Source: Paecilomyces variotii
Lineage: Eukaryota
DNA length: 64,000 bases
Assembly: GCA_004022145.1 (NCBI GenBank)
Contig: RCNU01000005.1
Strand: one strand, 5' to 3'
Within the stretch, counting starts at the first letter, position 1. Each line of letters opens with the position of its first letter. The translations under genes were made by a program, and so were the position numbers. Under the pieces are notes generated by a model. The model had not been told where the DNA came from. It did no database searches and saw only the letters and a list, made by a program, of their open reading frames with translations. Below, in pieces: positions 37,805-49,213 of this stretch.

Positions 37805-38570
37805 ATGGCTTCCGCAGGCTCTTTACCCCCTGCTCCCCTGCCCCGATGGGCAGTGGCCATGAACTCCCCAGCTCCAGCACCATCAGTCAAAACAGCCAAC
37901 ATCCCCAATCCCCCAGGCTTCTCCAGCAAGCCCACCGACAAACAGGTACGTAAAACACCTCCAGAATATATCCAAATCAACTAGTTCTCTCACTAACTAA
38001 CATCTCCTCTTCGCCCAATCCAGCGGCGTACCGCGCAGCAACAAACGCCCGCCCGCCCCGTCGAGACCGACACCCTCAAGCTCAAAAAAGCATGGGAAAT
38101 CGCACTGGCCCCCTCGAAACAAATCCCCATGAACGCCATCATGATGTACATGTCCGGCAACAGTTTGCAGATCTTCAGCATCATGATGGTCTTCATGTTG
38201 TTCAAGGGTCCTATCCAGGGTCTGCTGTCGACGAATAGCGCATTCGTCAAGTTCGAGAACGAAAATACCAAGGCGCGATTAGTGGGTGTCAAGGTGGTTT
38301 ATGTGCTTATGCAGTTGGTTTTATTGGCGCTGGGTATTTGGAAGGTCAATGCGATGGGGTTGTTGCCGTATGTTTTCCCTATATATTTCCAGCTTTCTCT
38401 TTCTTTCTTTCTTTAGCCCCTCTGATCGTTGGGAGGGAACATGGTCTTTTTATTTTTCGTGTGCAGATATGCTAACTCTACGTGTTGGTGACAGGACTAC
38501 GAGATCAGATTGGTTGGCATGGGAAGGCGAGCGCGAGCCGCTCGAACGGGCATACTTTGCCTTTAGTTGA
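37805..38570 (+). CDS. EMC4: ER membrane protein complex subunit 4
   Basis: Three exons; LKLKKAWEIALAPSKQIPMNAIMMYMSGNSLQIFSIMMV...KVNAMGLLP|TTRSDWLAWE. Confidence 0.95.
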
Positions 38571-38853
38571 TGAGGCCGGATACCTCAATGAGATGATGAA
38601 CTCTATCTACAGGGTGTGTAATCTATATCAATCTGAAACTTCAAAAGCTTGATGATCGTTCGTCATACATTGTAATCATGACCATTGTAGTTTTATATTT
38701 GCTTGTCTACGCAACATCTAAGACACTGGAGTGAGTGAGGGTAAGATTAGATGAAAAAGGTTTGTATTCTAGACATTACTCATCTATTCGTTTCTTATAT
38801 GCATTGCAAATATCAATGATGGAGAGAACCTCCTACGCTTGCCGTCGGTGAAT

Positions 38854-40500
38854 CTATTTCCGGGCGGCGGCCATCTCCGCTTGTGCGGCCTCTTGCTTCA
38901 ATCTCCGCTCTTCTCGCCAGCCAGGCCCGAATCGGATGACCACCAGCAGAAGTGGGATGGTGCCTAGCATGACAAACGCCACGAGGGTGAAACACCAGCC
39001 TCTTCCCATGCCGTCTATCATAGGAACAACCAGTGCCGTGGCACCAGCTCCAAGCAGGCAGCGGACAAAGTTATTTGACGCAGTTGCCGTAGCTGCACTG
39101 TTGGGGTACATATCAACGAGAAGAGTGCTGACAGTATTGAAAGAGCCCGTCAAAGCAAGACCCAGGAAAAAAAGGATAATAGTAGGCGCAGCAATGTGCA
39201 CGTTGTACTGCAGACACCAGCCGAAAGCAATAACGGCCAGACTGCCGATTGTCAGGAGAGGGAATGCAATCTGCAACCGGGCCTTTTCAATAGGGAAGTT
39301 CGCCAAATCGGTGTGGCGGTTTTTAACGATAGGGAAGCCGTGCTGTCGGGCTAAACGTCGGTAGTTGTAGTCCAGGAACTTCCCGTTGATGATAGATGCG
39401 ATGGTGGACCCGATTCCGAATGGCAGATAGCAGAGACCGATCTGCAGATCGTTGAGATGATAGCTCTCGTGGAATATCGACGGGATAGCAGCGCCAACAT
39501 CGTAAAATCCCGCAAAGAGAATAGCGTTGGACAGAAGCAAGACGCTGGTATCTTTTTGAAAGACAATCGCCAGGGTCTTCAGTGGATTGGGAAAGCCAAT
39601 TTTCCTTGGAGATCTGTCTGAAGGTTCCTCTATCTCCTTCCCTTCCTTAGCGGCCTTGCGGGCATGCAGGTAATTTATGAGGGACATGTTCCACTTCTGA
39701 GGAGGAATTGACCCATTTCCAACCACCTTGCGAGCCGTCTCTGGGAAGAAAATCAGGAAAAGTACCAGGAACGAGGCAGATAGGATGACAAGGAACCAGA
39801 AGATGGCTCGCCAACCCAGGTACTGCGCCAGCAGACCTCCAATAACTGGTCCCAGAGACGGACCCATTAGAGAACCAGCCGTAACGAAGCCCATATAGGA
39901 ACCTCGCTGGGATGCTGTCGCAACATCCGCGACTACGCCAGACGACAAGGCGATTGTTGTACTGCTTCCGGCGCTCTGCATGCATCGAAGCACAAATAGT
40001 GCTGCATAATTATTCTGCAGGGCCAATCCGATATTGGCCCCAATATATATTACGAAACACACAATGTAGGCCGGTCGACGACCCGCCTTATCTGCAAAAT
40101 CACCGATAAACATGGGAGAAAGTCCTTGGAAGATCTGGATACCACATGGTCAACCATGAAATTCTTGTGATACCAACGCGTAGATACCAGGCCATACCAT
40201 ATAACTCGTTAGGGTCAAATTGATCAGCGAATTCGAGACATGGAGATCATTGGCCAATGTATTCAAGGCTGGAAAATAAATCTGTGAGGATAATGGCGAA
40301 AAGAATCCTGCCCATGATGCTATGAAGACGATATAACGTATCTGGCTCTTTGAGAAGATCGAGTACTCCACGGCTGAACGCCTGGAGACCGTAGGCTGAA
40401 GCTCTGCATTGTTCTGCGTGCCATCATGCTCTTGCTTCGGTTCCTGTTGAGTTATCGCGAGCCCGATGGCATCCTTTTCGATATCCTGGGGAGTGGCCAT
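38854..40500 (-). CDS. MFS transporter, DHA1 drug:H+ antiporter family (QDR-like)
   Basis: Two exons; SQIYFPAL, LTLTSYM, GDFADKAGRRP (motif A), GPSLGPVIGG (motif C), WRAIFW, PET; hydrophobicity consistent with 12 TM helices. Confidence 0.92.
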
Positions 40501-41065
40501 GAACTCGGAAACGTTGAGGGCGCAGTGCCACTGCCCAACGGACCAATTTCGAAAACACTACTAGAAGCCACGGCGAAGAGAGGCGCCTCTACACTTATAT
40601 CGGGCCTCGCCATCATGGCAGCGTTGATCATGCACCGATAGAAAGCGGCATTAGACCGGTAGTTCTTGGTCCAGAGAAAAAAAAAAAGTGAACGATAATT
40701 GGATGCACGGACTGGAGAAGTCGGTGCCGAGTGCCGTTAGCCGTGAAGCTTGGCCATTCGGATTATTGAAAAAAATGCTTCAAACCGCCGCCAAGAGCGA
40801 CTCCGAAGACGGAGTACATAATAAGTTAACTATGATCAGAATGGTCTAGCCAAAGAGTCTGGGGTGTCCAGTCACCGCTATACAATGATTGCATACAGAT
40901 AAGGATTCAGTCCTAATCAATGTCATGATAACATCCAGATACATCAATCATGGATTATTTGCTTTAAAACGGGACTAAATAAGTAAGTAGTTCCCGGGAG
41001 ATTCTCCAGGTCCAATACCTAGACCTTGGGGCATAACCGCTAAGTATATATCATACTTCGAAATG

Positions 41066-42730
41066 CTATGACTTCTTCGCTTTCACCGCTTCGCGACAAG
41101 CCTGCAGGAAGATCTCACAGAACTCCCAAACCTCAGAGTAAGTATTGTACAATGGTGCTGGTGCCACGCGGATCACGTCCGGCTTTCTTTCATCGACAAC
41201 CACTCCGTGTTCTTCAAGGATCTCGAGGACCCGGTCCAGCAATCCCTCTTGCAGACGCAGACTGAGCTGTGCGCCGCGTTCTTCTGGGTTCGAAGGGGTG
41301 ATTATTGTGAACGGCTTATCCTCAGGCGAGGCATCCAGAGGATATTTCAACAATAGATGTTCGAGGTAGCCCGTCAGATGGAGGGACTTCTTGCGGAGCT
41401 CAGCCATGGAGGTTCGGTTGAAGATTTCCAGTCCAGCCACCACTGCGTTCAGATCCAGAACGGATGGATTAGAAACCTGGTATCCTGCCGCTCCCGGTTG
41501 AGGGACAAACTCTGCGGTATAATTAGCAATTGTGGATGCCGTAAGAGAAGAAGATATCGACATACTGTTCTCCATCAGAAACCTGGTCTGCTTGTCTCCT
41601 CCCCACCAGCCAGCCAAACGGGGCCGGAAAGATCCTTCGTCATCGTTCGCCTTTTCGAGCTCAACCCGCCCATGCTTCTCGTGGACGAACAATCCTGCGA
41701 TAACTCCAGGTCCGCCATTCACGTATTTGTAGTTGCACCACGCCGCGAAGTCCACGTCCCAGTCGTGAAGTTTCATATCGACGTTACCAACAGAATGCGC
41801 GCAGTCCCAGCCGATCAGGAGACCCCGCGAATGAGCGTGCGCCGTAATTTTCTTCATTTCAAAGTATTGTCCCGTGTAGAACTGGATGGATGGGAGGAGG
41901 ACAAGCGCTGCGCTGGATGCGTGTTCATCGATGATTTGCATTATTTGTTCAGTCGTGATAATGGGAGTATCCGGGTCCTTGGGTTCAATGAGGACCATTG
42001 CCTCCTTCGGCTCCAAATTGTGATGTCTGATCTGAGACTCGACCGCATACTACTAGACGAATTAGCATCGTATCTGGCCCAATTGTGTATATGGATCATA
42101 CATGATCACTTGGGAATGCTTTGCCCTCCATGATAATCTTGTACTTCTCCTTCGTCGGGCGATAGAAGCTTGCCAACAGGAAATGGATGTTTGCAGTCAA
42201 AGTTCCCATGACTGCAACTTCACTGGGCGACGCACCCACAACTGGCGCCATAAATTGAGATCCTGCACTATCAACATCGACGAACGGAGGAAGCAGCTGG
42301 TCTTCATGAGGGACGAAGTGGCCGGTCACGCCCTTGATGGCCCATGTTCGAAGGTACCGGTCGATATACTTTCGAGTATTTTTGGGCTGCAGACCAAGGG
42401 AGTTGCCGCACAGGTATATACACCGTGGATCAGATAAGCTTTCCTCTGAAAGAGTAGTTAGTACTCCTGTCTTAGTGAACCGAACGAGACGATCTGCATC
42501 TAGTGTATGTTTTTCGCTAGTGCAGAGCCATGTACAGTACCTTCAGTCACTGCCAATGTCTTCCTCTTGAGATCCTTCTTGGATGGAATGATGAATTCGT
42601 CTCGGAAGTCCCGAAGAGGGTCCTGCTTATCCAAAGACTGGGCGTATTCTTTGCTATAAGCCCGCACGTCGTCTTTGTAATGAAGCGGCGGGCCGCTCTT
42701 GATATCGCGCACATGCAGTTTGGAACCCAT
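41066..42730 (-). CDS. BNA5: Kynureninase (PLP-dependent; de novo NAD pathway)
   Basis: [66 protein letters not shown] (PLP Lys), [24 protein letters not shown]; multi-exon. Confidence 0.96.
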
Positions 42731-43050
42731 CTTGGCGCGATCCTGCACTCTTGACAGCTTGTTCTGGCAGATATACTACCAGATCAGAATATAAACCACC
42801 AAGATGTCCCTTCAGCAGATCAAAAACCCCACTACTTTTCTCTACTGCCCCGCGGTCATCGATGGCGGGGACCACGACGGATTCTGCCGCTTCTCGCCGA
42901 CCCCCGGATTACCCAATAACGTCATTGCCGAAGCTCTTACTAAAGCTCTGTCCTGTCATCCGCCGCATAACCATCCAGCGCCGCTTGGAAATCCGACTTT
43001 ACAACATCTTCGGACTGATTTGAGAGAGCGGCAATCTTTGATCGCTCATC

Positions 43051-44168
43051 ATGTCACCAACAAATATGCTATCCTCTACCGCCTGCCGGTTAGCACGCCG
43101 GCAGAATTCGCCTGCTATGATCTTCGTACGCCATTGCCGTCGCGTATCCTCTGTCCCCGGAGCAGCTGCGAATTATTCTACGTCCCGGAACAGCGTACAA
43201 AGTCCCACCTATTCTATTCCAGAATTCCTTCTTCCTTCCCGAACGCATCGAAGACTGCGCAGACCAGCCCTTCCTTCGACGTTATCTCTGCGACGACAGC
43301 GGTTCGCATACTCGACGACAACCCCCAGTGACGCCGCGAAAGTGATCCTGAATCCGAGGAAAGACGATGACGGCAATGATCTATGGATGAAAATATCTCC
43401 CCGTGCTGCAGAAGTATGTGAATTGTCTTTTCTCTATAGCCCAAACATTGTTCTGTCTGCGGTTTGATGCGTTGTGGCTTGGTTATCCAGCTTCCCGGGA
43501 CCTTGGAGGCGGCTTCCTGCGGCGGGACTGAACATTGTTCGGTACCTGGTTTGAACAGTGCAATGCGGAATAAAATCCCATGTCAATATTTCCCAAGCAC
43601 ATACGACCATAGGGTGTGGAAAACAGGGCTTCCCGTCCGCTCAGCCGTACTTAAGCCACACGCCGGCCGGTTAGTAGTTGGGTGGGTGACCACCAGCGAA
43701 TCCCGGCTGTTGTATGTTTTTTGTCTTTTTTATTTTTTTATACTTCTTTTTCATCTTCCATCTCGTTTTGCACGGAGGACTCAATTAACATAATCTCAAC
43801 AGCGTCTCCGAGAAATCACGGATCCGTCATCATCCTCTATCTCCACTACCCTCCAAGAGAACCCTTACCACCACCTCCGTATCACCGTCACCAGCGGCGG
43901 CTGCCATGGCTTCCAGTACATGATGTCTCTCGAGCCTGCCTCAAAAATCGACAAGGAGGAAGATACCGTCTTCGAAGCAGAGACCCCCAGCGAAGGGGAG
44001 GAAAACAAGGGTCAAGCCCAAGTAGTCATGGACACTGCCTCGCTGGAACTCCTGTCTGGCAGCACGGTCGATTACACGATGGAGCTGATCGGAAGTCAGT
44101 TCAAGATCGTGGATAACCCGCGAGCGACGAGTAACTGCGGCTGCGGGACAAGTTTCGACGTGGAGTGA
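43051..44168 (+). CDS. ISA2: Mitochondrial A-type iron-sulfur cluster assembly protein ISA2
   Basis: Exon 1 ends at 43413 (start at ATG 43051 or 43066; Arg/Ser-rich presequence), intron 43414-43802, exon 2 43803-44168. LRITVTSGGCHGFQY and DNPRATSNCGCGTSF motifs. Confidence 0.93.
43599..43717 (+). rRNA. 5S ribosomal RNA gene (dispersed copy) inside the ISA2 intron
   Basis: 119 nt, ACATACGACCATAGGGTGTGGAAAACAGGGCTTCCCGTCCGCTCAGCCGTACTTAAGCCACACGCCGG...TTAGTAGTTGGGTGGGTGACCACCAGCGAATCCCGGCTGTTGTATGT, matching the filamentous-ascomycete 5S sequence as I remember it; terminal helix ACATACGAC/GTTGTATGT pairs fully. Confidence 0.96.
43717..43739 (+). terminator. RNA polymerase III oligo-T terminator of the 5S gene
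   Basis: Three successive T6 runs start immediately at the 5S 3' end. Confidence 0.8.
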
Positions 44169-45149
44169 ACTTCTTCTTCTTAGCAGCATCATTGCAACTC
44201 CCGCCCTTTATAACAAGGAGGGTGTGATATCAAGGTACTTAATCGAGGTTCTTTACAAGGGCAACTGTCATTTCAGGCCAGGAACTCAACTTATATAGAC
44301 ATACATACTTAACCCCTGATGATGAGCGTGAAATCCCCAATTTGTATTAATTCATTCATGTATTGTATGTATACCATATCAGCAGGATAGAATGAGCATC
44401 TCAGACTCCAGTTTATACGATTACCTTTTTCAATTTAGTTGAGTATGCGACAATCTGGCGTCCAATAGTACTATAATCTCCCTCATCAAATTACCGCTCA
44501 TACTTTATATCTTAGACATGAGCAAAAACGAATCCTTCTAAGCAAGGTAAGGAATCGATACGATACATATATTTATACTTGAAAAAAAGGAAAAAGGGAA
44601 AAGGGGAAAAGGGTTCAATATGTTATGATGCAAATGCATAGATGAGAAATAACCACAGCTGGTAATAAGAACACAAGACGCCCTGACGTTTGACACATTC
44701 CGTTTTGGTCTTTTGCGGAACCCAGTGTCTTTTTTTCCTCGGCCGCTACACCCGCCCCAAAAGACAAGGCCCTCTTTAAATCTAAGCATAGAAAGTTGGA
44801 AAAGATGAATGAAACTTCCTGTTTTCCATTCGTTTCTGCGTGGTTCCTCGTAAACCTCTCCACAGCCCCCCATGCGTCATATCATAACTTCCACAGCGTT
44901 ATACGGCATTCCCTATGGCGACGATTCCCGTGGTTCTATTGCTGGTACCGACCTCCTATGCTTCCGTGATGGGATGCATCGAAGAACTTTTTAATTTTTC
45001 CCGGAAACACATAACCAGGACTGATGTTTCGTAGATAGTAAGAAGTCGTCAACGTGTTTCCACCTCTCGTTGCGGTATTACCGCCCATGAAGACAATTGG
45101 AGCTTCCCAGACGGTCTTCGCACTGATGTGGTACTCTAGGATAGACCGT

Positions 45150-46703
45150 CTAGTAGGTCCGTGCAAGGTTTCTCAGGTACCAGTCGACGAGTCTTCGTCC
45201 GGCCTTAGCCTCGCTGATGTGGATGAGGTCACCCTCAATGGCGTAGTCGAGGTCGCTGGCGGTGGTGGGCTCACCCTCAAGCAAGCCACCCTCGACCCAG
45301 CGCACCTGTCGGCTGCGCTGCTTGTTCACGAGCAACCACGAACGGAGCTTGTCGGGCTCGACCTCGAGGAATCCAGCCAGCTTCTTCAAGTCCATGGTGG
45401 TGTAGAGCTTGAGATAGGACTTGACGGTCGGGTTGAAGAGAGTGTTCTTCACCTCGTCCATGAAGATAGCGGTTTGGTGGTCGACAGGGTCGATGTTAAC
45501 GGAGGGGTTGTCGAAGTCGGGAGGAGTCGGGGAGATGAACTTGGGGCAAGCAGATCGGAAGAGCTCCTCGAAGAGAGGCAGAGCCTCGGGGCCACCACGC
45601 TGGAGACGGTGGAACTGCTCGCCGTACTTCTCGCGCAGGGCAGAGTGGATGGTGTCATCCAGGCGAGTGGGGTGGAAGGCAACACAGATGGCAATCAGAG
45701 CGTACATCTGGTCGTTCTTCTTGGCGATCGCATCGTAGTTGTTGCCGCCCTTCTGGAAGTTCTTCGTGCGCGAGACGTAGACCAGGATGTGGCTGAACAT
45801 GCGGATAGCGTCGGCGTAGCGGCGCATCATCATGTAGGAGAAACCGACATAGTAGTAGGTGGTGAAGTGGGCAGCCATGACGCGAGCAAACATGGCCTTC
45901 TTGTTCATCTCAATGTCGTCGAGAGTCTTCAGAGCGAGACTGAAGTCTCCCAGCAGACAGTGGACTCGCAGAAGTCCGATGATCGAGAAGTAACCCAGCA
46001 TCTTGTACAGCGGGCGAGAGCCGTACTCTCCGGCAACTGCCAGGGGGTCCTCATTTCGCTTGATAGCAGCCAACTGCTCGTTTATCTGAGATCGCTGGAT
46101 GAGGGAGTACAGGACGTTAAGGACCGAGTAGCAGCCCCACGTGTTCGGGTTCTCGCGCAGCAGCTGTGCCTCCTCCTCGTTGGAACCGCTTCGGGCGACG
46201 CGGTTGCGGTATCTGCAGAACGACTCAAATTGGTAGATGAACTCATCAATGACATCCCACGCCCAGTAGTACTATAGAGAATCCAATTAGCCAAGTCCGC
46301 ACAAAACCCCGCAATATAGCAAAACCACAACGGAGAAGTGATATCATGACTCTAGCATGATATCCCAAGCAAATCAAAGTATATCATCACATACAGAAGG
46401 AACCTCCAAATCAACGGGGCCGTCAGAGTTGAGAATGTAGTGGAAGAGACTGCAGTAGTTGTCGTAGCTAGCGAACTTGGTCTCTAGAGTGGCTTGGTAT
46501 TCCAGCGGAGTGGCCGCGGCCGCCAGTTGTGCCTGCAGATCCTGAGTTTGAGATGCACCATCCAGAGATGTTGTCCGATCCAACTCGCTCAAGCCATCGT
46601 CAAAGTGCACCTGCTCCCGGTAGTCGTTAACGAGCGCCTCCTCCTCGACATCAGACTCGTCGCCCAGGTTGGCGCGCGCGTTGGCGCGTTCTTCGTAGGA
46701 CAT
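45150..46703 (-). CDS. eIF3L: Eukaryotic translation initiation factor 3 subunit L
   Basis: Two exons; MSYEERANA..., WAWDVIDEFIYQFESF, YKMLGYFSIIGLLRVHCLLGDF, FEELFRSACPKFI, YLKLYTTMDLKKLAGFL; strong codon bias. Confidence 0.96.
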
Positions 46704-47606
46704 GGTGGGAAGAGATATCTCGCTGCGTGAAAGGATTCAATGGACAGGAGCGGATTTGCTTCAGGTGGTGCACGGATAAGCTGAAGCTCGTCGTTATTTG
46801 CCGTCGACGTCGCCAAGTTGGATTTTGGGTTGTTCGGCGGGTTCGAATTTTGAGGGTTTTCGCTTGTCGACCCTTTGTGCTTATCTTATCTGCGCACAAA
46901 TGGTCTGCTGAGTCATCTATGCACACATGCTGCACTTAACTTAAACAACCAGTTAGTTAGTTAGTCCATGCAGTGAGGCCAGTCGATTTCATCCATGAGT
47001 AGGGACTATACGCTGAATACTGTTTTCTTTAGGCATCTCAGATTCAAGAATAGGCTATGTTATGAAGTACAGCTCGGACTTAATGCGGCTCAGCTAATGC
47101 CTTACTGAACCCCCCTCCCTTGTATATATGTCGATTCGCTCTGCTTTCGGATGCATCCTCATACATCCAGTGATGCTTTGCATCTACATGCTTGGTTCGG
47201 GTGTGGACTATGATATATAAGTCAGAGAGACGTTCTGCATATCACATATGGAGTAATATGAGATCTACTAGCGGAGGGAGTGCTTGGGCTTTTTATACAT
47301 TCTCGAACATAGGTAAGCTCACCAAAGTTGGAGTTTTGATGGCCTTACAATTGGGGCGTCAACAACACTAAAGGACTGATCAGTTATACAACATGGCCCT
47401 AACTGAAGTTATGCTCATAAATCGTCATTTCGTTTCTGTCGACGCTTGTAATCCTATGACAAATAACTAAACTCCTGACCTCATGTATGCCTTTTTCCCT
47501 TTCGTTTCTCAAAGCACAAAAACGCCTGTCAATGCAGCCAGATATGACACGAAATAAACAAAAAGTTATGCAACAGGTGACAGTATGCATCACCGCATAC
47601 ATATGC

Positions 47607-49213
47607 CTATGTGCTCTCCATCTTTTTTATACCTTCCTCTATATCCCTAACCTTATGCGTTCCCAACCTTAACCTCTTCCTCCACTTGGCCTGTTTCTTC
47701 AACTTGGCACGCACACGCCTCTTCTTTGGATAATTGATCGGTGATTCGCCTCCAATGAAGATGCAAATATCGTAAACGGCTCCCCCAGCTATACCACCGC
47801 TAATGGTCGCAACCCATGGACCCCAGATCCACCACCAGCTACGGTCAGTGAAAACATGTCCACCAAATCCGGCCATCAAGGTGACGAGTCTGGGGCCGAA
47901 GTCTCGAACCGGGTTAAAACTTCTGCCAATGCAGTTAGTAAGCCCACTTTTGCGGCTTAGAAGTTATGGACAGGAAGATACTCACCCTCCAGTATTGTAG
48001 CTCAAGCAAATGGAGAGGACCGTTATAATCAGTCCGATAATGAAGGAATGCATTCCTGCACCGGGAGGGGCATTGCTGTCGTCACCCAGAGCCAAGATTG
48101 TGCAGAGTAGCAGAGCAGTACCCACAAACTCGTTAAAGAATCCTGTAGCACTACTGACGTAGCTTAACGGCTCAGTATAGAAACCGAAACCAGCTGTGTT
48201 AGGTGGAATTGTTGGTGTTTGAGTGATAATGGAATCTCGGTAGAGGCAGTAAGCAATTCCGGCAGCTGTGATGGCCCCTAGTGTCTGTGCAATGATATAG
48301 TAGTAGCACCGTCGTAGAGGAAACCCACGAAAGATCCAGAGTGTAATCGAGATGACAGGGTTCAGATGAGCACCGGAGACACCACCTGCAAGGTAAATCC
48401 CCACCATGAACCCGAGTCCCCAGGCCCAATTCTGAGAGAGCTTAGAGCCTGCTTTATTGTTGGATGTAGTTATAGCTAAATTCCCGCAGAGGCCAATTAG
48501 AATGGATGCTGTTGTCTACCAATATATCGTACTGGTCAGTATAAGATCATTGCACGTGTTCTGCATCTATGAAAGAGATTTAAACTTACCCCAAGCCATT
48601 CAGCGAGCGGCTCTCTGATGTAATGTCTGATCTTCGCCCATTTATTGAAGAACTCTTGCTTCTCTGGTTCCGCTTGCCTCCCATCTTCTTCCGGAGCTGG
48701 CGGCCGCTCTTGTGCCTCGTTCTCGACAGGCCGTGAGACCCTATCTCCTTCATGTTTGCGGACCGCTTGTGCGTGCGATGCACCCTCCTCGTCCGTAGGC
48801 TGACTTGTGCTATCGGCATCTTCTGTCCCATGAGGGATATTGTCCACCTGCGGTACTGCCTCTGCTTCTCCCCTTTCTGGTGCCTCGTAGGCTTCCTGGG
48901 TCGTCCCGCTGTCCTGGCGCATACCAGATCGAACGACCCTGGGGAAAGGCTTTGCCAACCCCCATACTGGCTCCTCTTCCTCTTTGCCGTAGGAAGGGTT
49001 TAATTTTCGGTACAAAGGATCAACGTAGACCCCTGATGACGGAGCATTCTTTTGCGGCCCCGCGAGAGAATAATCCGGCTGGGATCGTTTATCTCCTGAC
49101 TTTGGAGTTTGCCCTTGCCCCTCGGGTTGGTGCCTTGGTTGTCTGCGAGTCTCCTCAGACGAGGTCTCGGATTGATGGCCGTGCCCGTCTGCCACATCTC
49201 TCTCTTCTACCAT
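47607..49213 (-). CDS. Aquaglyceroporin (MIP family) with a long hydrophilic N-terminus
   Basis: Three exons; REPLAEWLG, GGVSGAHLNPV, YIIAQTLGA, NEFVGTA, LGDDSNAPPGAG, NTGG|SFNPVRDFGPRL. The Asp after the second motif is the glyceroporin signature. Confidence 0.93.

Noticed and set aside
31849-42730. Egt1-like gene, MFS transporter and PLP-dependent kynureninase as an ergothioneine-type cluster
   Set aside because: They are separated by AP-2 beta and EMC4, and the PLP enzyme has clear kynureninase motifs rather than those of an Egt2 C-S lyase.
44317-44410. ATGATGA box-C-like motif downstream of ISA2 (and GTGATGA at the start of the eIF3L intron)
   Set aside because: No suitably placed CTGA box D or terminal stem, so no snoRNA call.
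45054-46277. 407-aa plus-strand ORF
   Set aside because: Antisense shadow of eIF3L; strong codon bias removes stops from the opposite strand. The same applies to 17-376 (AKR), 24153-24494 (RPS17), 12384-13235 (TOR), 27772-28686 (BBC1) and 41357-42133 (kynureninase).
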